NCBI GenBank assembly: GCA_963662295.1
Contig: OY759346.1
Span: 1,299,542 to 1,363,541, forward strand
Length of the DNA: 64,000 bases
Direction of reading: 5' to 3'
DNA from: Trueperaceae bacterium
Lineage (GTDB): Bacteria > Deinococcota > Deinococci > Deinococcales > Trueperaceae
Shown here: positions 1 through 11,837 of the stretch, piece after piece
Numbering within the stretch: position 1 is the stretch's first letter
How the letters are laid out: the number at the start of each line of letters is the position of its first letter
Notes under the pieces: generated by a model
Databases searched by the model: none
What the model saw: only the letters and a program-made list of their open reading frames with translations
What the model was told of the DNA's origin: nothing
Position numbers and translations under genes: made by a program

Positions 1-2
1 AG

Positions 3-194
3 ATCGACATCGAAAGGGCGATCACGCTGTACCGAGAGGGCGGCTTCGCAGCGGTGTCGGGCTTCGACTGCATGGCCCGGGAGAACAACGCGCTGTTGAT
101 CGAAGACGATCTCATCGACCAGGGGCGCGACGACGTCGTGGCGGCGTTGACGGCCATCCAGGGTTGGCTGGCGTCGGCACCCGGAGCGGAGTGA
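3..194 (+). CDS. C-terminal fragment of an unidentified protein (5' end outside window)
   Basis: Open frame runs from the window edge to TGA at 192-194 with GC3-rich codon usage. It converges with the rnj stop. No recognisable motif. Confidence 0.35.
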   Translation: MDIERAITLYREGGFAAVSGFDCMARENNALLIEDDLIDQGRDDVVAALTAIQGWLASAPGAE

Positions 195-197
195 CCG

Positions 198-1880
198 TCA
201 GCTCTCGATGACGGTCGGCACGATCAGCGGGTTGCGGCCGGTAGCCTTGCGGATGTAGCGGCGGACAGGGTAGAAGATGTCGTCGCGAATGTCGTTGAGG
301 CGCCGTTTTTCGCGGACCCCCCGCTCCAGGCTCTCGAGGGCGATCCGCTCGATCTCCTTAGCGAGGCCGTTGTCGCCCTGGGCCACCCCGCGGGTGATGA
401 CCTCGATGATCGGTTGCCGGCTGGCGACGGCCATGATCACGATCACGCCCTCGTTCGACAGCGTCTGGCGGTCGCGGATGATCGGCTCGGTGATCTCGTC
501 GCTCGCCTTGCCGACACTGTCGATGTAGATGATGCCCGATTCGACCTGGCCGGCGACTTTGATGTTGTCGCGGCTGAGCTCGACGATGTCGCCGTTGTTC
601 ACCATCAGGCTTTTCTTGGGCGGTTGCGACATTCCCTCGGCCAGGCGCTTGTGGTTGATCTGATGGCGCATCTCGCCGTGCCAGGGGATGAAGAACTTGG
701 GTCGGGTCAGGTCGAGGATGAGCTTGAGCTCCTCCTGACTCGCGTGCCCCGAGGTGTGGACCTGGTAGGCAGGCGGGTACAGCACCTGGATGTCGCGTTC
801 GTAGAGTTGGTTGATGACCCGGTTCACGGCCTCTTCGTTGCCCGGAATCGGATTCGACGACATGATCACGGTGTCGCCCGGCTTGAGCTGGATCTTCCGG
901 TGACTGCCGGCCGCCAGTCGCGACAGGGCCGCCATCGGCTGGCCCTGCGAGCCGGTGCACAAGAACAGCACCTTGTCGTCCTGCAAGCCGCCGATGTCGT
1001 CGGTCGAGGCGAAGGGTTGGTTCGACTTCAGATACCCCAACTCCTGGGCGATGCGCGTGTTCTTGATCATCGATCGGCCCTCGACCACCACCCGCCGGCC
1101 GAACTGTTCGGCGACCCGAACGAAGTTCTGAAGCCTGTGGATGTGGGAGCTGAAGGCGGTCACGATAACGCGGCCTTTGGTCTTGGATACGATCTCGGCG
1201 ACCGCCTCCATAACGTCCTTTTCGCTCGGGGTGTAGCCGGGCCGCTCGGCGTTGGTCGAGTCGCTGATCAGGGCCAGCACCCCGTCGACGCCGGCCTGTG
1301 CCAGTTTGTAGAGGTGGCTGGTCTTGCCGTCGGATGGGTTGTAGTCGAGCTTGAAGTCACCCGAGTGGACGATGCGGCCGATGGGCGTATGGATGACCAG
1401 GCCGCTGTTGTCGGGTATCGAGTGGGTCATTCTGAAGAAATCTACGGTGAAGTTCCGACTGATCTTTATGCGGTCGTCGGGCGTTATCTCGTGGAGGTCC
1501 ACATCGCCCTCGGAGAGACCGAACTCGTCGAATTTGCCGCGCAGCAGACCGAGGGTGAGTCTGGCGCCGTACATCGGGATCTTGGGCAACAGTTTGAGCA
1601 TGTAGGGAAGGCCACCGATGTGGTCTTCGTGCCCATGGGTGAGAACCCAGCCTTTGATCTTGTGACTGTTCTCGATCACCCAATCGATCTTCGGCACCAG
1701 AATGTCGACGCCGAGCATGTCTGCATCGGGGAAGGCGAGGCCGCCGTCTACCAGCAGGATCTCGTCCTCGTATTCGAAGGCGAACATGTTTTTTCCGATT
1801 TCGCCCATGCCCCCGAAGGGGATGATGTTGACCTTTCGGGTGTCTTTCTTGCTCTCTTTCTTGCCGTCTTTTTTGGCCAT
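198..1880 (-). CDS. rnj: Ribonuclease J (metallo-beta-lactamase/beta-CASP RNase)
   Basis: Translation carries HGHEDHIGG and beta-CASP motifs. ATG at 1880 (MAKKDGKK) is preceded by AAAGGAAA SD 10 nt upstream. The ORF-track N-terminal extension is probably spurious. Confidence 0.9.
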   Translation of the reverse strand: MAKKDGKKESKKDTRKVNIIPFGGMGEIGKNMFAFEYEDEILLVDGGLAFPDADMLGVDILVPKIDWVIENSHKIKGWVLTHGHEDHIGGLPYMLKLLPKIPMYGARLTLGLLRGKFDEFGLSEGDVDLHEITPDDRIKISRNFTVDFFRMTHSIPDNSGLVIHTPIGRIVHSGDFKLDYNPSDGKTSHLYKLAQAGVDGVLALISDSTNAERPGYTPSEKDVMEAVAEIVSKTKGRVIVTAFSSHIHRLQNFVRVAEQFGRRVVVEGRSMIKNTRIAQELGYLKSNQPFASTDDIGGLQDDKVLFLCTGSQGQPMAALSRLAAGSHRKIQLKPGDTVIMSSNPIPGNEEAVNRVINQLYERDIQVLYPPAYQVHTSGHASQEELKLILDLTRPKFFIPWHGEMRHQINHKRLAEGMSQPPKKSLMVNNGDIVELSRDNIKVAGQVESGIIYIDSVGKASDEITEPIIRDRQTLSNEGVIVIMAVASRQPIIEVITRGVAQGDNGLAKEIERIALESLERGVREKRRLNDIRDDIFYPVRRYIRKATGRNPLIVPTVIES

Positions 1881-1976
1881 GGCTTGCGATTTCCTTTCTG
1901 GTTGGACGAGGTGACCCAATGCCCCAGAGCCGGCCTCGCCGGCGTGCCGGCGGGCCCCAGGGTCATCGTGGGATCG

Positions 1977-4187
<2,211 letters not shown>

Positions 4188-4361
4188 TTATGACTCCTTA
4201 TCGTCGGGTTTCTAGCCGTCTCCAGGGTGCAGGCGGCGTTGTTCCAGGTAGTGGGTAGCGGCCGACAACTGCGGCCAGACTGCCGCTCGGGGCAGCGGAG
4301 GTGCTGCGCCCGAATCGGTGTCGGTTGAGGCTGTCGTCGGTCGGCGGATACGGGGCACAGC

Positions 4362-4631
4362 TCAGCGGCGCAGCCCAAGGTTTTGGATCAGTTCCTTGTA
4401 CCCTTCGTAGTTGGTCTTCTCGAGGTAGCCGAGGAGGCGCTTGCGCTTACCTACCATGATCAGCAGGCCGCGGCGGCTGTGGTGGTCCTTGCGGTTCTCT
4501 TGCAGGTGACCGCTCAACTCCTCGATCCTGGCCGTGAGCAAGGCGATCTGAACGCCGGTCGAGCCGGTGTCTTTTTGGTCTCTGCCGTACGTGGTGATGA
4601 TGTCCAATTTCTGACCTGCGGTAAGCGCCAT
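4362..4631 (-). CDS. rpsO: 30S ribosomal protein S15
   Basis: 89 aa from MALTAGQK match the S15 family. GAAGGGAG SD upstream of ATG 4631. The longer ORF-track form (to 4748) is a spurious extension. Canonical rpsO-pnp arrangement. Confidence 0.9.
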   Translation of the reverse strand: MALTAGQKLDIITTYGRDQKDTGSTGVQIALLTARIEELSGHLQENRKDHHSRRGLLIMVGKRKRLLGYLEKTNYEGYKELIQNLGLRR

Positions 4632-4725
4632 GCTGAAAATAGACTCCCTTCGAGTATCACGACCGAACCGAACCCGTGGGGGGTCCCCAAATAGGTCGGG
4701 TGCCGGACCAGCCGCGCAACGTGCC

Positions 4726-4755
4726 AGTCTAGCACAGCGATTCTCCACCGTCCAA
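4726..4755 (-). promoter_or_regulatory. Candidate sigma70-type promoter of rpsO (-35 TTGGAC, 18 bp, -10 TAGACT)
   Basis: Hexamers read on the minus strand about 95 nt upstream of the rpsO ATG. TAGACT -10 recurs at other promoters in this window. Confidence 0.35.
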
Positions 4756-4855
4756 TCCCAAGAAACGTGCCCTAGACGACCGCGACCGGAGCGCTTTTCG
4801 GTGACCGCGACCGGCGGGTGTCATCGAGGCGCACGCCTCCCGGTTAGGGTGAACC

Positions 4856-5293
4856 ATGATCGTTAAGCAGACAGCCCTAACCCTTTCCCCCAGGCCGCGT
4901 GGGATCCATCTCATAACCGGCGACGTAGACGCCGCCCTCGAGTCTGACGGCATCGACGTCGGCCTGGCCCACCTTTTTTTGCAGCACACCTCTGCCAGCC
5001 TGACCTTGAACGATCGTCTTTTTTTCTCGTCGAACGCCTCTCCCGAGGTGCGGCGCGATTTGGACGCTTGGCTCGGCAGGGCGGTGCCCGACGGCGCCTC
5101 GTACTTCGAACACCGCTTCGAAGGCCCCGACGATATGCCGGCGCACGTCAAGGCCTCCCTCCTCGGGAGCGGGATTGCGGTTCCGATCCGCCGAGGTCAG
5201 CTCGCCCTCGGACGATGGCAAGGTGTGTACCTCTGCGAACATCGCAATAGTGGAGGGGCGCGCAGCCTGATCCTGACCGCCTTCGGGCTGTGA
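4856..5293 (+). CDS. YjbQ/UPF0047 family protein (secondary thiamine-phosphate synthase-like)
   Basis: 145 aa translation matches the YjbQ family fold signature (IHLITGDV..., HTSASLT). Confidence 0.75.
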   Translation: MIVKQTALTLSPRPRGIHLITGDVDAALESDGIDVGLAHLFLQHTSASLTLNDRLFFSSNASPEVRRDLDAWLGRAVPDGASYFEHRFEGPDDMPAHVKASLLGSGIAVPIRRGQLALGRWQGVYLCEHRNSGGARSLILTAFGL

Positions 5294-5298
5294 CCGCT

Positions 5299-7245
5299 TC
5301 AGGGGTGGCGTTCGAACCAGGTGCGGATCGCATCGAGCCGCGCTACCCGTCGATCGGGACGACCGGATCGTGACAGTTCGTGCCCTTCGCCGGGAAAGCG
5401 AATCATTTCGGTCTCGGCGCGGTCCAGGGTCTTCAGCGCACTATAGAACTGTTCGGCCTGTTCGATAGGACAGCGGTGGTCCTGCTCGCTGTGAATGATT
5501 AGCAGCGGGGTGGTGACCTCGGCGACGTACCTGATGGGGCTCTGGTGCCACAGCAGCTCCATGTCGTCCCAGGGCCGTCCGCCGAGCTGCTCGACGGTGA
5601 AGTGGTAGCCGATATCGCTGGTGCCATAGAAAGAGAGCCAGTTCGAGATCGACCGCTGCGTCACCGCTGAGCGGAATCGTCTGCTGTGCCCCACCAGCCA
5701 GTTGGTCATGAACCCGCCGTAGCTGCCGCCGGTGAGGTGAATGGGCGCCTGCGGATCGTCGTGGTGTTCGAGAGCGTGGTCGGCGATCGCCATCACGTCG
5801 TCGGCGTCGATGCTGCCGTAGCCAGCGTGCATCGACGCCGAGAATTGGTGGCCGAAACTCGAGCTCCCTCTGGGATTGCCGTACACGACCCTATAGCCGG
5901 CGGCGGCGAGGACCTGAAATTCGAACGTGAATCCGTAGCCGTAGTTGGTGTGGGGTCCGCCGTGGACCTGGATCACCAACGCCCGGTCCTTTCGAGGTTC
6001 GGGCGGGTTCAGGGTCCAATACCGCACCGGTGCGTGTTCGTCACCGCTGGCGAGGAACGGCCCCGCCGCCGTGGCGAGTTCGTGACCCTCGAGGAACGTT
6101 TCGTTGGCGCTGCTCAGCTGCCGTTCGCGACCGTTCTTGAAGCGCAACCACAGCTCGCCGGGCGTTGTGGGCGTCTCCGCGATGAACGCGACACGCCCCT
6201 TTACCGCCTGGAATGCCGTGACCGCCTGCGAGGCTCTGTGAACGAAGGTGATGGATCCGTCCAGGGCGATGCTGGCAAGGCCACTCCTTCCTTCGACGTT
6301 CAGGTTGGCGAGCAGCGTGCCTCCATCGTTCTGCCAGGCAGGCACGTTCGGGTAGCGGCCGTAGCGCGCGTCGCCACTGACGGCCGGTGCCGCCTCCAGA
6401 TCCCCGGTGAGCAGCATCGGCCGTCCTCGCCTGACACGCTTGACCCACACGCCCATCGGGCTGGTGCTGTCCTGCGGTATCGATGGGGCCAGGTAGGCGA
6501 GGTTGGCACCGTCGGGACTGACCGCCACCGAGCCGACCGACTCCGGCTCCTCGAGTAAGGCGCGCCGCCTGTTACCCGTCTTGCTGAGCCTCCAGATCTG
6601 CTGTCGCCAGGCGTCGTGGTCGTCGCTGCTAGACGGTGCGATCAGATAGAGCGCCCCAGAGGCATCGACCGTGATTTCCGAGGGTGCATACTCGAAATCC
6701 GCCAACGGTTCCGATGCGTCGCGGTCGAGGTGCCGCCGGTAGAGGGTAGTTCCGGTCCCTGGCAAGAAGCCGATCCCTTCCTGCTTATAGCGCGCCCGGG
6801 TCACGGTCAGCGGCTGCCCGGATTTCTCCCGAGCATCGACGGCATCGCCCCTGGAGAGGTACACCAGGCTCTGGTCCGAAGGATCCCAGGCGAACAGGTC
6901 CACCCCGGCCGGGTGCTCGGTCACGGCCCGGGCCTCGCCGCCATCGAGTTCGATCACAAACAGTTGCGGCTTGGTCCCAACCTCTCTCACCGAAAGGTAG
7001 GCGAGCTGGCGCGCGTCCGGACTGAACCGCGGCGAGGTGTCCGCAACTGGGCCGTTGGTGAGCCGCCGGGCATCGCCGGTTTTGACGTCGAACAGGTCGA
7101 TGCGGCCCCGGTACTGTGGTGGACCTTCCGGCTGTTCCGCTATCGACGTAACCACAGCGGCCGCCTTGCGGCCATCGCTGGATAGTTGCGGATCGGACAC
7201 AAACGCCAGCTCGTAGAGGTGGCTGCTCTCGAGTCTCTGGGCCAT
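5299..7245 (-). CDS. S9 family peptidase (acylaminoacyl-peptidase/dipeptidyl-peptidase type; beta-propeller plus alpha/beta hydrolase)
   Basis: GGSYGG nucleophile elbow with catalytic Asp/His region. N-terminal TolB-like propeller repeats. Start assigned to ATG 7245 (MAQRLESS), which overlaps the upstream rlmB stop by 1 nt (TGATG). The ORF-track N-terminal extension is unlikely. Confidence 0.8.
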   Translation of the reverse strand: MAQRLESSHLYELAFVSDPQLSSDGRKAAAVVTSIAEQPEGPPQYRGRIDLFDVKTGDARRLTNGPVADTSPRFSPDARQLAYLSVREVGTKPQLFVIELDGGEARAVTEHPAGVDLFAWDPSDQSLVYLSRGDAVDAREKSGQPLTVTRARYKQEGIGFLPGTGTTLYRRHLDRDASEPLADFEYAPSEITVDASGALYLIAPSSSDDHDAWRQQIWRLSKTGNRRRALLEEPESVGSVAVSPDGANLAYLAPSIPQDSTSPMGVWVKRVRRGRPMLLTGDLEAAPAVSGDARYGRYPNVPAWQNDGGTLLANLNVEGRSGLASIALDGSITFVHRASQAVTAFQAVKGRVAFIAETPTTPGELWLRFKNGRERQLSSANETFLEGHELATAAGPFLASGDEHAPVRYWTLNPPEPRKDRALVIQVHGGPHTNYGYGFTFEFQVLAAAGYRVVYGNPRGSSSFGHQFSASMHAGYGSIDADDVMAIADHALEHHDDPQAPIHLTGGSYGGFMTNWLVGHSRRFRSAVTQRSISNWLSFYGTSDIGYHFTVEQLGGRPWDDMELLWHQSPIRYVAEVTTPLLIIHSEQDHRCPIEQAEQFYSALKTLDRAETEMIRFPGEGHELSRSGRPDRRVARLDAIRTWFERHP

Positions 7246-8015
7246 CAGAGTGCCCCTTCGCTCGCCACGTGTCGGGCTATGCCCGCCTGGTAGAGGAGAA
7301 TTCCGGCAGCGACCGAAGCGTTGAGGCTGGAGATGCGACCGCTCTGGGGGATAGCGACGAGTTCGTCGCACGTCTCTCGAACGAGCCGCCGAAGACCACG
7401 ACCCTCCGAGCCGATCACGAGGGCAAGCGGTCGGTTCCAGTCCAGCATTGCCGGGACGGCACTCGCCTCCTGGTCGGCGCCGTACACCCACACCCCTCGG
7501 TCTTTGATGCTTCCCAGGTAGCGCACCAGATTGGTCACCTGAAGCAGCGGCAGGTAGCTGGTCGCTCCGGCGGCTGTCTTGGCGACGACGGCCGACAGCG
7601 GCGCACTGTTTCTGGCCTCCGTGATCACCCCGTGTCCGCCGAGTACCTCGGTGCTGCGAATGATGGCGCCGTAGTTCCTCGGATCGGTGATGTGGTCGAG
7701 CACCACCAGGAGCGGCTGTTCCTGGCGCTGCTCGGCCAGTGCGAAGGGCTCGTCTGGCTCCGAAAAGGACACCTCCGGCAGCTCGGCGGCGACCCCTTGA
7801 TGCCTGGTGGTGGCGACGGCGCGATCGAGATCGATTCGGGCCACGAATTCGAGGTCGACGGCGGACCGTCGGGCCTCGCGTTCGAGCACCTTGATAAACG
7901 CGGGTTTTACCCCTTTCGCTACCAGTAGCCTTCGTACCTGCCCTTCGCGGAGGGCTTCGATGACGGCGTTCCTTCCGTAGATCAGCACCTCACGCCGACC
8001 CGCCCCGGGCGGCAA
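7245..8015 (-). CDS. rlmB: SpoU/TrmH family RNA 2'-O-methyltransferase (RlmB-like)
   Basis: SpoU_sub_bind plus SpoU methylase motifs (LVVLDHITDPRNYGAIIRS, LVIGSEGRGL, IPQSGRISSLNASVAA). True start may be GTG at 7988, just after the ribF stop. Confidence 0.8.
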   Translation of the reverse strand: MPPGAGRREVLIYGRNAVIEALREGQVRRLLVAKGVKPAFIKVLEREARRSAVDLEFVARIDLDRAVATTRHQGVAAELPEVSFSEPDEPFALAEQRQEQPLLVVLDHITDPRNYGAIIRSTEVLGGHGVITEARNSAPLSAVVAKTAAGATSYLPLLQVTNLVRYLGSIKDRGVWVYGADQEASAVPAMLDWNRPLALVIGSEGRGLRRLVRETCDELVAIPQSGRISSLNASVAAGILLYQAGIARHVASEGAL

Positions 8016-8895
8016 AAACCGAGCGGGCCGCCGCTTCGTCGCGGCGGAGCTGAGCGCTCAGTTCGTCGATTCCGGAGAACTTCTGCTGGCTCCGGAGGTA
8101 CGCCACGAACGTAACCGTCAGTTCTGCCCCGTACAGGTCGCCGGCGAAGTCGAACAGATGAACCTCGAGACCTGGAAGGGCGTCGGGAAAGGTCGGTTTT
8201 GGACCCGCGTTGGCCATGCCCAGGAACGCGGCGGCGGGTCCATACACCTCCACGGCAAAGACGCCGACCGGCAGGGCCTTGTCGACCGCCACCTCGAGGT
8301 TGGCGGTGGGATACCCGAGCTGCTGCCCGCGGCGGTCGCCCAGCACCACCGTTCCCGATGCGCGGTAGAGGTCGCCGAGAAGGCTGGCAGCACTGTCGAC
8401 CTCTCCGGCCGTCAGGAGATCCCGAATACGGCTCGATGACACCGGTTCGCCCTGGTGATGCCACAATCCAAACACTTCGAGCTTTCCGGTGACGGCAGAC
8501 AGATCGTTGAGGTCGCCTTCCCGGTCGCGCCCGAACCGAAAGTTCTCGCCCACGATGATGGCACTAGGCTCGAGCGGTCTCAGCGCCTCGAGAAACCGCG
8601 CTTTGGGTGTCTTGGCGAAGGTGTGGGTAAACGGGGTGAGGACGACGGCCTGAGGTTCGAATGCCGCCAGTTGCGCTACCTTTTCGGCGGCGCTGCTCAG
8701 GTACCTGGCGCTGCCGAAAAGAACGCGCGCGGGCGGAAAGAAGGTGACGATGACGCTCGGAGCGGCCTCGGCCTCGGCGACGGCCTGCATTCGCGACAGC
8801 AGCTTGCGGTGGCCGAGGTGCACCCCATCGAAGTTTCCTATGCTCAACACAGCCCCCTGCACGTCCAGTTCGTCGAGGGCCGCCACCACCTTCAT
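7990..8895 (-). CDS. ribF: Bifunctional riboflavin kinase / FAD synthetase
   Basis: FAD synthetase N-domain (GNFDGVHLGH) and riboflavin kinase C-domain. ATG 8895 overlaps the NUDIX stop (ATGA). Confidence 0.9.
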   Translation of the reverse strand: MKVVAALDELDVQGAVLSIGNFDGVHLGHRKLLSRMQAVAEAEAAPSVIVTFFPPARVLFGSARYLSSAAEKVAQLAAFEPQAVVLTPFTHTFAKTPKARFLEALRPLEPSAIIVGENFRFGRDREGDLNDLSAVTGKLEVFGLWHHQGEPVSSSRIRDLLTAGEVDSAASLLGDLYRASGTVVLGDRRGQQLGYPTANLEVAVDKALPVGVFAVEVYGPAAAFLGMANAGPKPTFPDALPGLEVHLFDFAGDLYGAELTVTFVAYLRSQQKFSGIDELSAQLRRDEAAARSVFAARGGSA

Positions 8896-9383
8896 TCGGT
8901 GGCTCCGGTCGTGGCCATCGCGTGCCGCAGGCCGAGCAGCGTCACCCCGCTGGTGGCCAAGGTGCCGCTGGCGGCCGCCGAGGCGTGGTCGGCGGCCGCC
9001 AGCCATTCGATTGTCAGGTCCTCGTGTTCGTCTGGTAGGGCGTAGGCAGGCGAGGTGTCGGTGGCCTCGAACAGGTAGATGCGTTCGTCGGTAAAGCCGG
9101 GCGAGGTGAACAGCTGGGTGACCAGCGTCAGGGTTCCGGTCAGCTGAACCTCCTCCGCCAACTCACGCAGGGCGGCCTGCTCTGGGGTCTCGCCCGGATC
9201 GATCAGGCCTGCGGGCAACTCCCAGGTCGCAACCCCTACCGCCGGGCGTCGCTGACGCACGCCCAGTATCAGGTCCCGGTCGCGCACCAGGATCGCAACT
9301 GCCGGGGCGTGACGTACGACTTCCCAGCCGCCCTCCAGCCGCTCCAAGGTGACGATCTTACCTCTGTACAGCGTCTCGGACAT
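8892..9383 (-). CDS. NUDIX hydrolase (ADP-ribose pyrophosphatase-like)
   Basis: Nudix box GX5EX7REUXEEXGU is recognisable (GLIDPGETPEQAALRELAEEVQL). Confidence 0.8.
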   Translation of the reverse strand: MSETLYRGKIVTLERLEGGWEVVRHAPAVAILVRDRDLILGVRQRRPAVGVATWELPAGLIDPGETPEQAALRELAEEVQLTGTLTLVTQLFTSPGFTDERIYLFEATDTSPAYALPDEHEDLTIEWLAAADHASAAASGTLATSGVTLLGLRHAMATTGATE

Positions 9384-9418
9384 CGGTCCAGCGTATCAGA
9401 CACTCTGTAGGCCCTGTT

Positions 9419-9453
9419 GCCATAGGAAAGACCGGGTAGCTAGGCCACCCGGT
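9419..9453 (-). terminator. Intrinsic terminator-like hairpin downstream of ftsZ
   Basis: GACCGGGT-N9-ACCCGGTC, 8 bp stem, followed on the minus strand by UUUCCUAU. Confidence 0.45.
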
Positions 9454-9473
9454 CCGGTGCCGCCCGGAAGGGG

Positions 9474-10538
9474 TCAGGGGGTGTCGGCGTCGGGATTGTA
9501 GCGCAGGAAAGCGGGGATGTCGTAGTTGCTTGGGTCGTAGCTGCGCCCGCCGGCGGCGGTCCGCAATTGGGTCGGTCTGAGCACCTTCATCTGAGGGTTG
9601 TGATCGAAGCCTGCCGCGATCATGGTGACCCGGACCTCGTCGGCGGCGTCCTCGTCGTAGGTAACCCCGAACAGGACGTTAACCTCCTCGACCTCGGTCG
9701 CTTCGCTGATCTTCTCGACGATTTCGTGAGCGTCGTGGAGCGTGAGTTCCTCGGAGCCGGTCACGTTGATCAGCAGATGGTGGGCACCCTCAACACCTCG
9801 TGACAGCAGCGGGCTGTGGATCGCGGTGTTGGCAGCCTCTTCGGAGAGTTTCTCGCCCCGGCCTGCCCCGATGCCCATAAGCACGGTCCCCGCCCCGGAC
9901 AGGAGGGCTTTCACATCGGCAAAGTCGACGTTGATGACGCCGGGCATGTTGATCACATCGCTGATACCGCGGACGCCCTGGTAGAGCACGCGGTCGGCGA
10001 CTCTGAAGGCGTCGGTGAGCTTGACCTTTTTATCGAGCGCCGACAGCAGGCGCTGGTTCTCGACGACGATCAGGGCGTCGACCTTGTCTTCGAGCTTGCG
10101 GAGCCCCTCTTCGCTGGTCCGGTGCCGCCGCGGACCCTCGAACGCGAACGGCGTGGTGACCACGGCCACGGTCAGAGCTCCGAGCTCGCGGGCGACTTCG
10201 GCGACGATCGGCGCGCTGCCGGTACCGGTCCCGCCGCCCATTCCGGCGGTGATGAATACCAGATCCGAGCCGCGGATGGTTTCGGCGATCCGATCCCGGT
10301 CCTCGATAGCGGCCTGCTCACCGATCGCAGGGTTCGCTCCGGCTCCCAGGCCTTTGGTGAGGTGATCGCCCATCTGGATGCGGGTGTCGGCCAGGCTCGT
10401 GGACAGGACCTGGGCGTCGGTATTGGCAGCCAGGAACTCCACTCCTTGGAGACCGGTCTCGATCATGCGGTTGACGGCGTTATTTCCGCCTCCACCTAGA
10501 CCGATGACGCGAATGACGGCATTGTCTGTTCGACTCAT
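9474..10538 (-). CDS. ftsZ: Cell division GTPase FtsZ
   Basis: GGGTGTG tubulin signature and conserved C-terminal peptide. Start taken at MSRTDNAVIRVIGLGGGG. The ORF track extends 15 codons further to a GTG. Confidence 0.95.
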   Translation of the reverse strand: MSRTDNAVIRVIGLGGGGNNAVNRMIETGLQGVEFLAANTDAQVLSTSLADTRIQMGDHLTKGLGAGANPAIGEQAAIEDRDRIAETIRGSDLVFITAGMGGGTGTGSAPIVAEVARELGALTVAVVTTPFAFEGPRRHRTSEEGLRKLEDKVDALIVVENQRLLSALDKKVKLTDAFRVADRVLYQGVRGISDVINMPGVINVDFADVKALLSGAGTVLMGIGAGRGEKLSEEAANTAIHSPLLSRGVEGAHHLLINVTGSEELTLHDAHEIVEKISEATEVEEVNVLFGVTYDEDAADEVRVTMIAAGFDHNPQMKVLRPTQLRTAAGGRSYDPSNYDIPAFLRYNPDADTP

Positions 10539-10610
10539 GGCTGCACTCCTCACGCTTCCTCTTCCCTTAACCTCGCTCCACACCCGACCGTGTTGGACGC
10601 TTGGTTGCCA

Positions 10611-11837
10611 CTAAAAGAAATCCTTCAAAATGTTTCGAATGCTTGCCCACAACCCGCCGATACCCTCGTCGTTGGGCACCGGCGTCGTTGCGATGGTCGT
10701 CTTCTGCATGCCGAACCGCACCAGGCCGACGGCGGTGGCGTGGGCAGGGCTTGCCACCACGTCGACGAGTCCGGAAACCCCTTCGGGTCGTCCGATGCGG
10801 ACCGGCAGGCGAAACCGTTCCGCTGCTACCTGGTCCAGGCCGGGCATCAGCGAGGCCCCGCCGGTGATAACCACGTTTCCTGCGAGCAGCTCGAGGGCTC
10901 CCATCCGCTGCTCGATATTGCGCTTGACCAGATCGAGGATTTCGACGACCCGGGGTTTGATCACTTGAGCCAGCTCGAATGTCGACAGTGAGGCGGTGTA
11001 GCTAGGATTGGCGACCTCGAGCACCACCTCGCGGTCGGCGAGCTCCGGAAGCGCCACGCCGTAGCGTTTCTTGACGCGTTCGGCCTCGTCGGGGGGGATC
11101 CGGAGCAGCTGGCTGATGTCCTGAGTGATGTGGTCGCCGCCCAGGGGAATGACCGCCGAATGTGCCAGGTGGCCGCGCCTGAATACCCCCACATCGGTGG
11201 TGCCACCGCCGATATCGATGAGCAAGGTGGTGACGTCCTGCTCGCTCGGGTTGAGGACCGCCAGGCCCGACGCCAGCGCCTGGACCACGACGCCGTCGAC
11301 GTCGGTGCCGGCGTCGCGAGCGCAGCGCTTGAGGTTCTGGATGGGACCCTGGGCGCCGGCCACGATGTGCACGTCGACTTCGAGCCGGACACCCGACATG
11401 CCGACCGGGTCCTTGATGCCATCGTGTCCGTCGACCACGTACTCCTGCGGGATGACGTGAATGATCTCCATGTTCGCTTCGAGCGGGACCGCCCGCGCGT
11501 TCTCTATGGTCCGCTCGAGGTCGGCCTTGGTCACCTGCTGGCCCCGGCGGATGGCGGCCATGCCGTGGCTCGTCATCGCTTTGAGGTGGCTGCCGGCGAT
11601 ACCGACCCAGGCGCTATCCACCTCGACGCCGGCCACGCGCTCGGCGGCAGAGATCGATTGCCGCACCGAGGAGATGGTGCGCTCGAGGTTTACCACGACC
11701 CCTTTGCGAAGCCCATCGCTCGGCACGGTCCCTTCGCCGATGATGTCGAGAACACCGTCCCCGGCGACCTCGCCGATGACGGTGCAGATCTTGGTCGTAC
11801 CGATATCAAGCCCGACGATGATGCGTTCGTCAGTCAT
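10611..11837 (-). CDS. ftsA: Cell division protein FtsA (actin-like ATPase)
   Basis: MTDERIIVGLDIGTTKI N-terminus and actin-fold motifs. Overlaps the ftsQ stop. Confidence 0.95.
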   Translation of the reverse strand: MTDERIIVGLDIGTTKICTVIGEVAGDGVLDIIGEGTVPSDGLRKGVVVNLERTISSVRQSISAAERVAGVEVDSAWVGIAGSHLKAMTSHGMAAIRRGQQVTKADLERTIENARAVPLEANMEIIHVIPQEYVVDGHDGIKDPVGMSGVRLEVDVHIVAGAQGPIQNLKRCARDAGTDVDGVVVQALASGLAVLNPSEQDVTTLLIDIGGGTTDVGVFRRGHLAHSAVIPLGGDHITQDISQLLRIPPDEAERVKKRYGVALPELADREVVLEVANPSYTASLSTFELAQVIKPRVVEILDLVKRNIEQRMGALELLAGNVVITGGASLMPGLDQVAAERFRLPVRIGRPEGVSGLVDVVASPAHATAVGLVRFGMQKTTIATTPVPNDEGIGGLWASIRNILKDFF

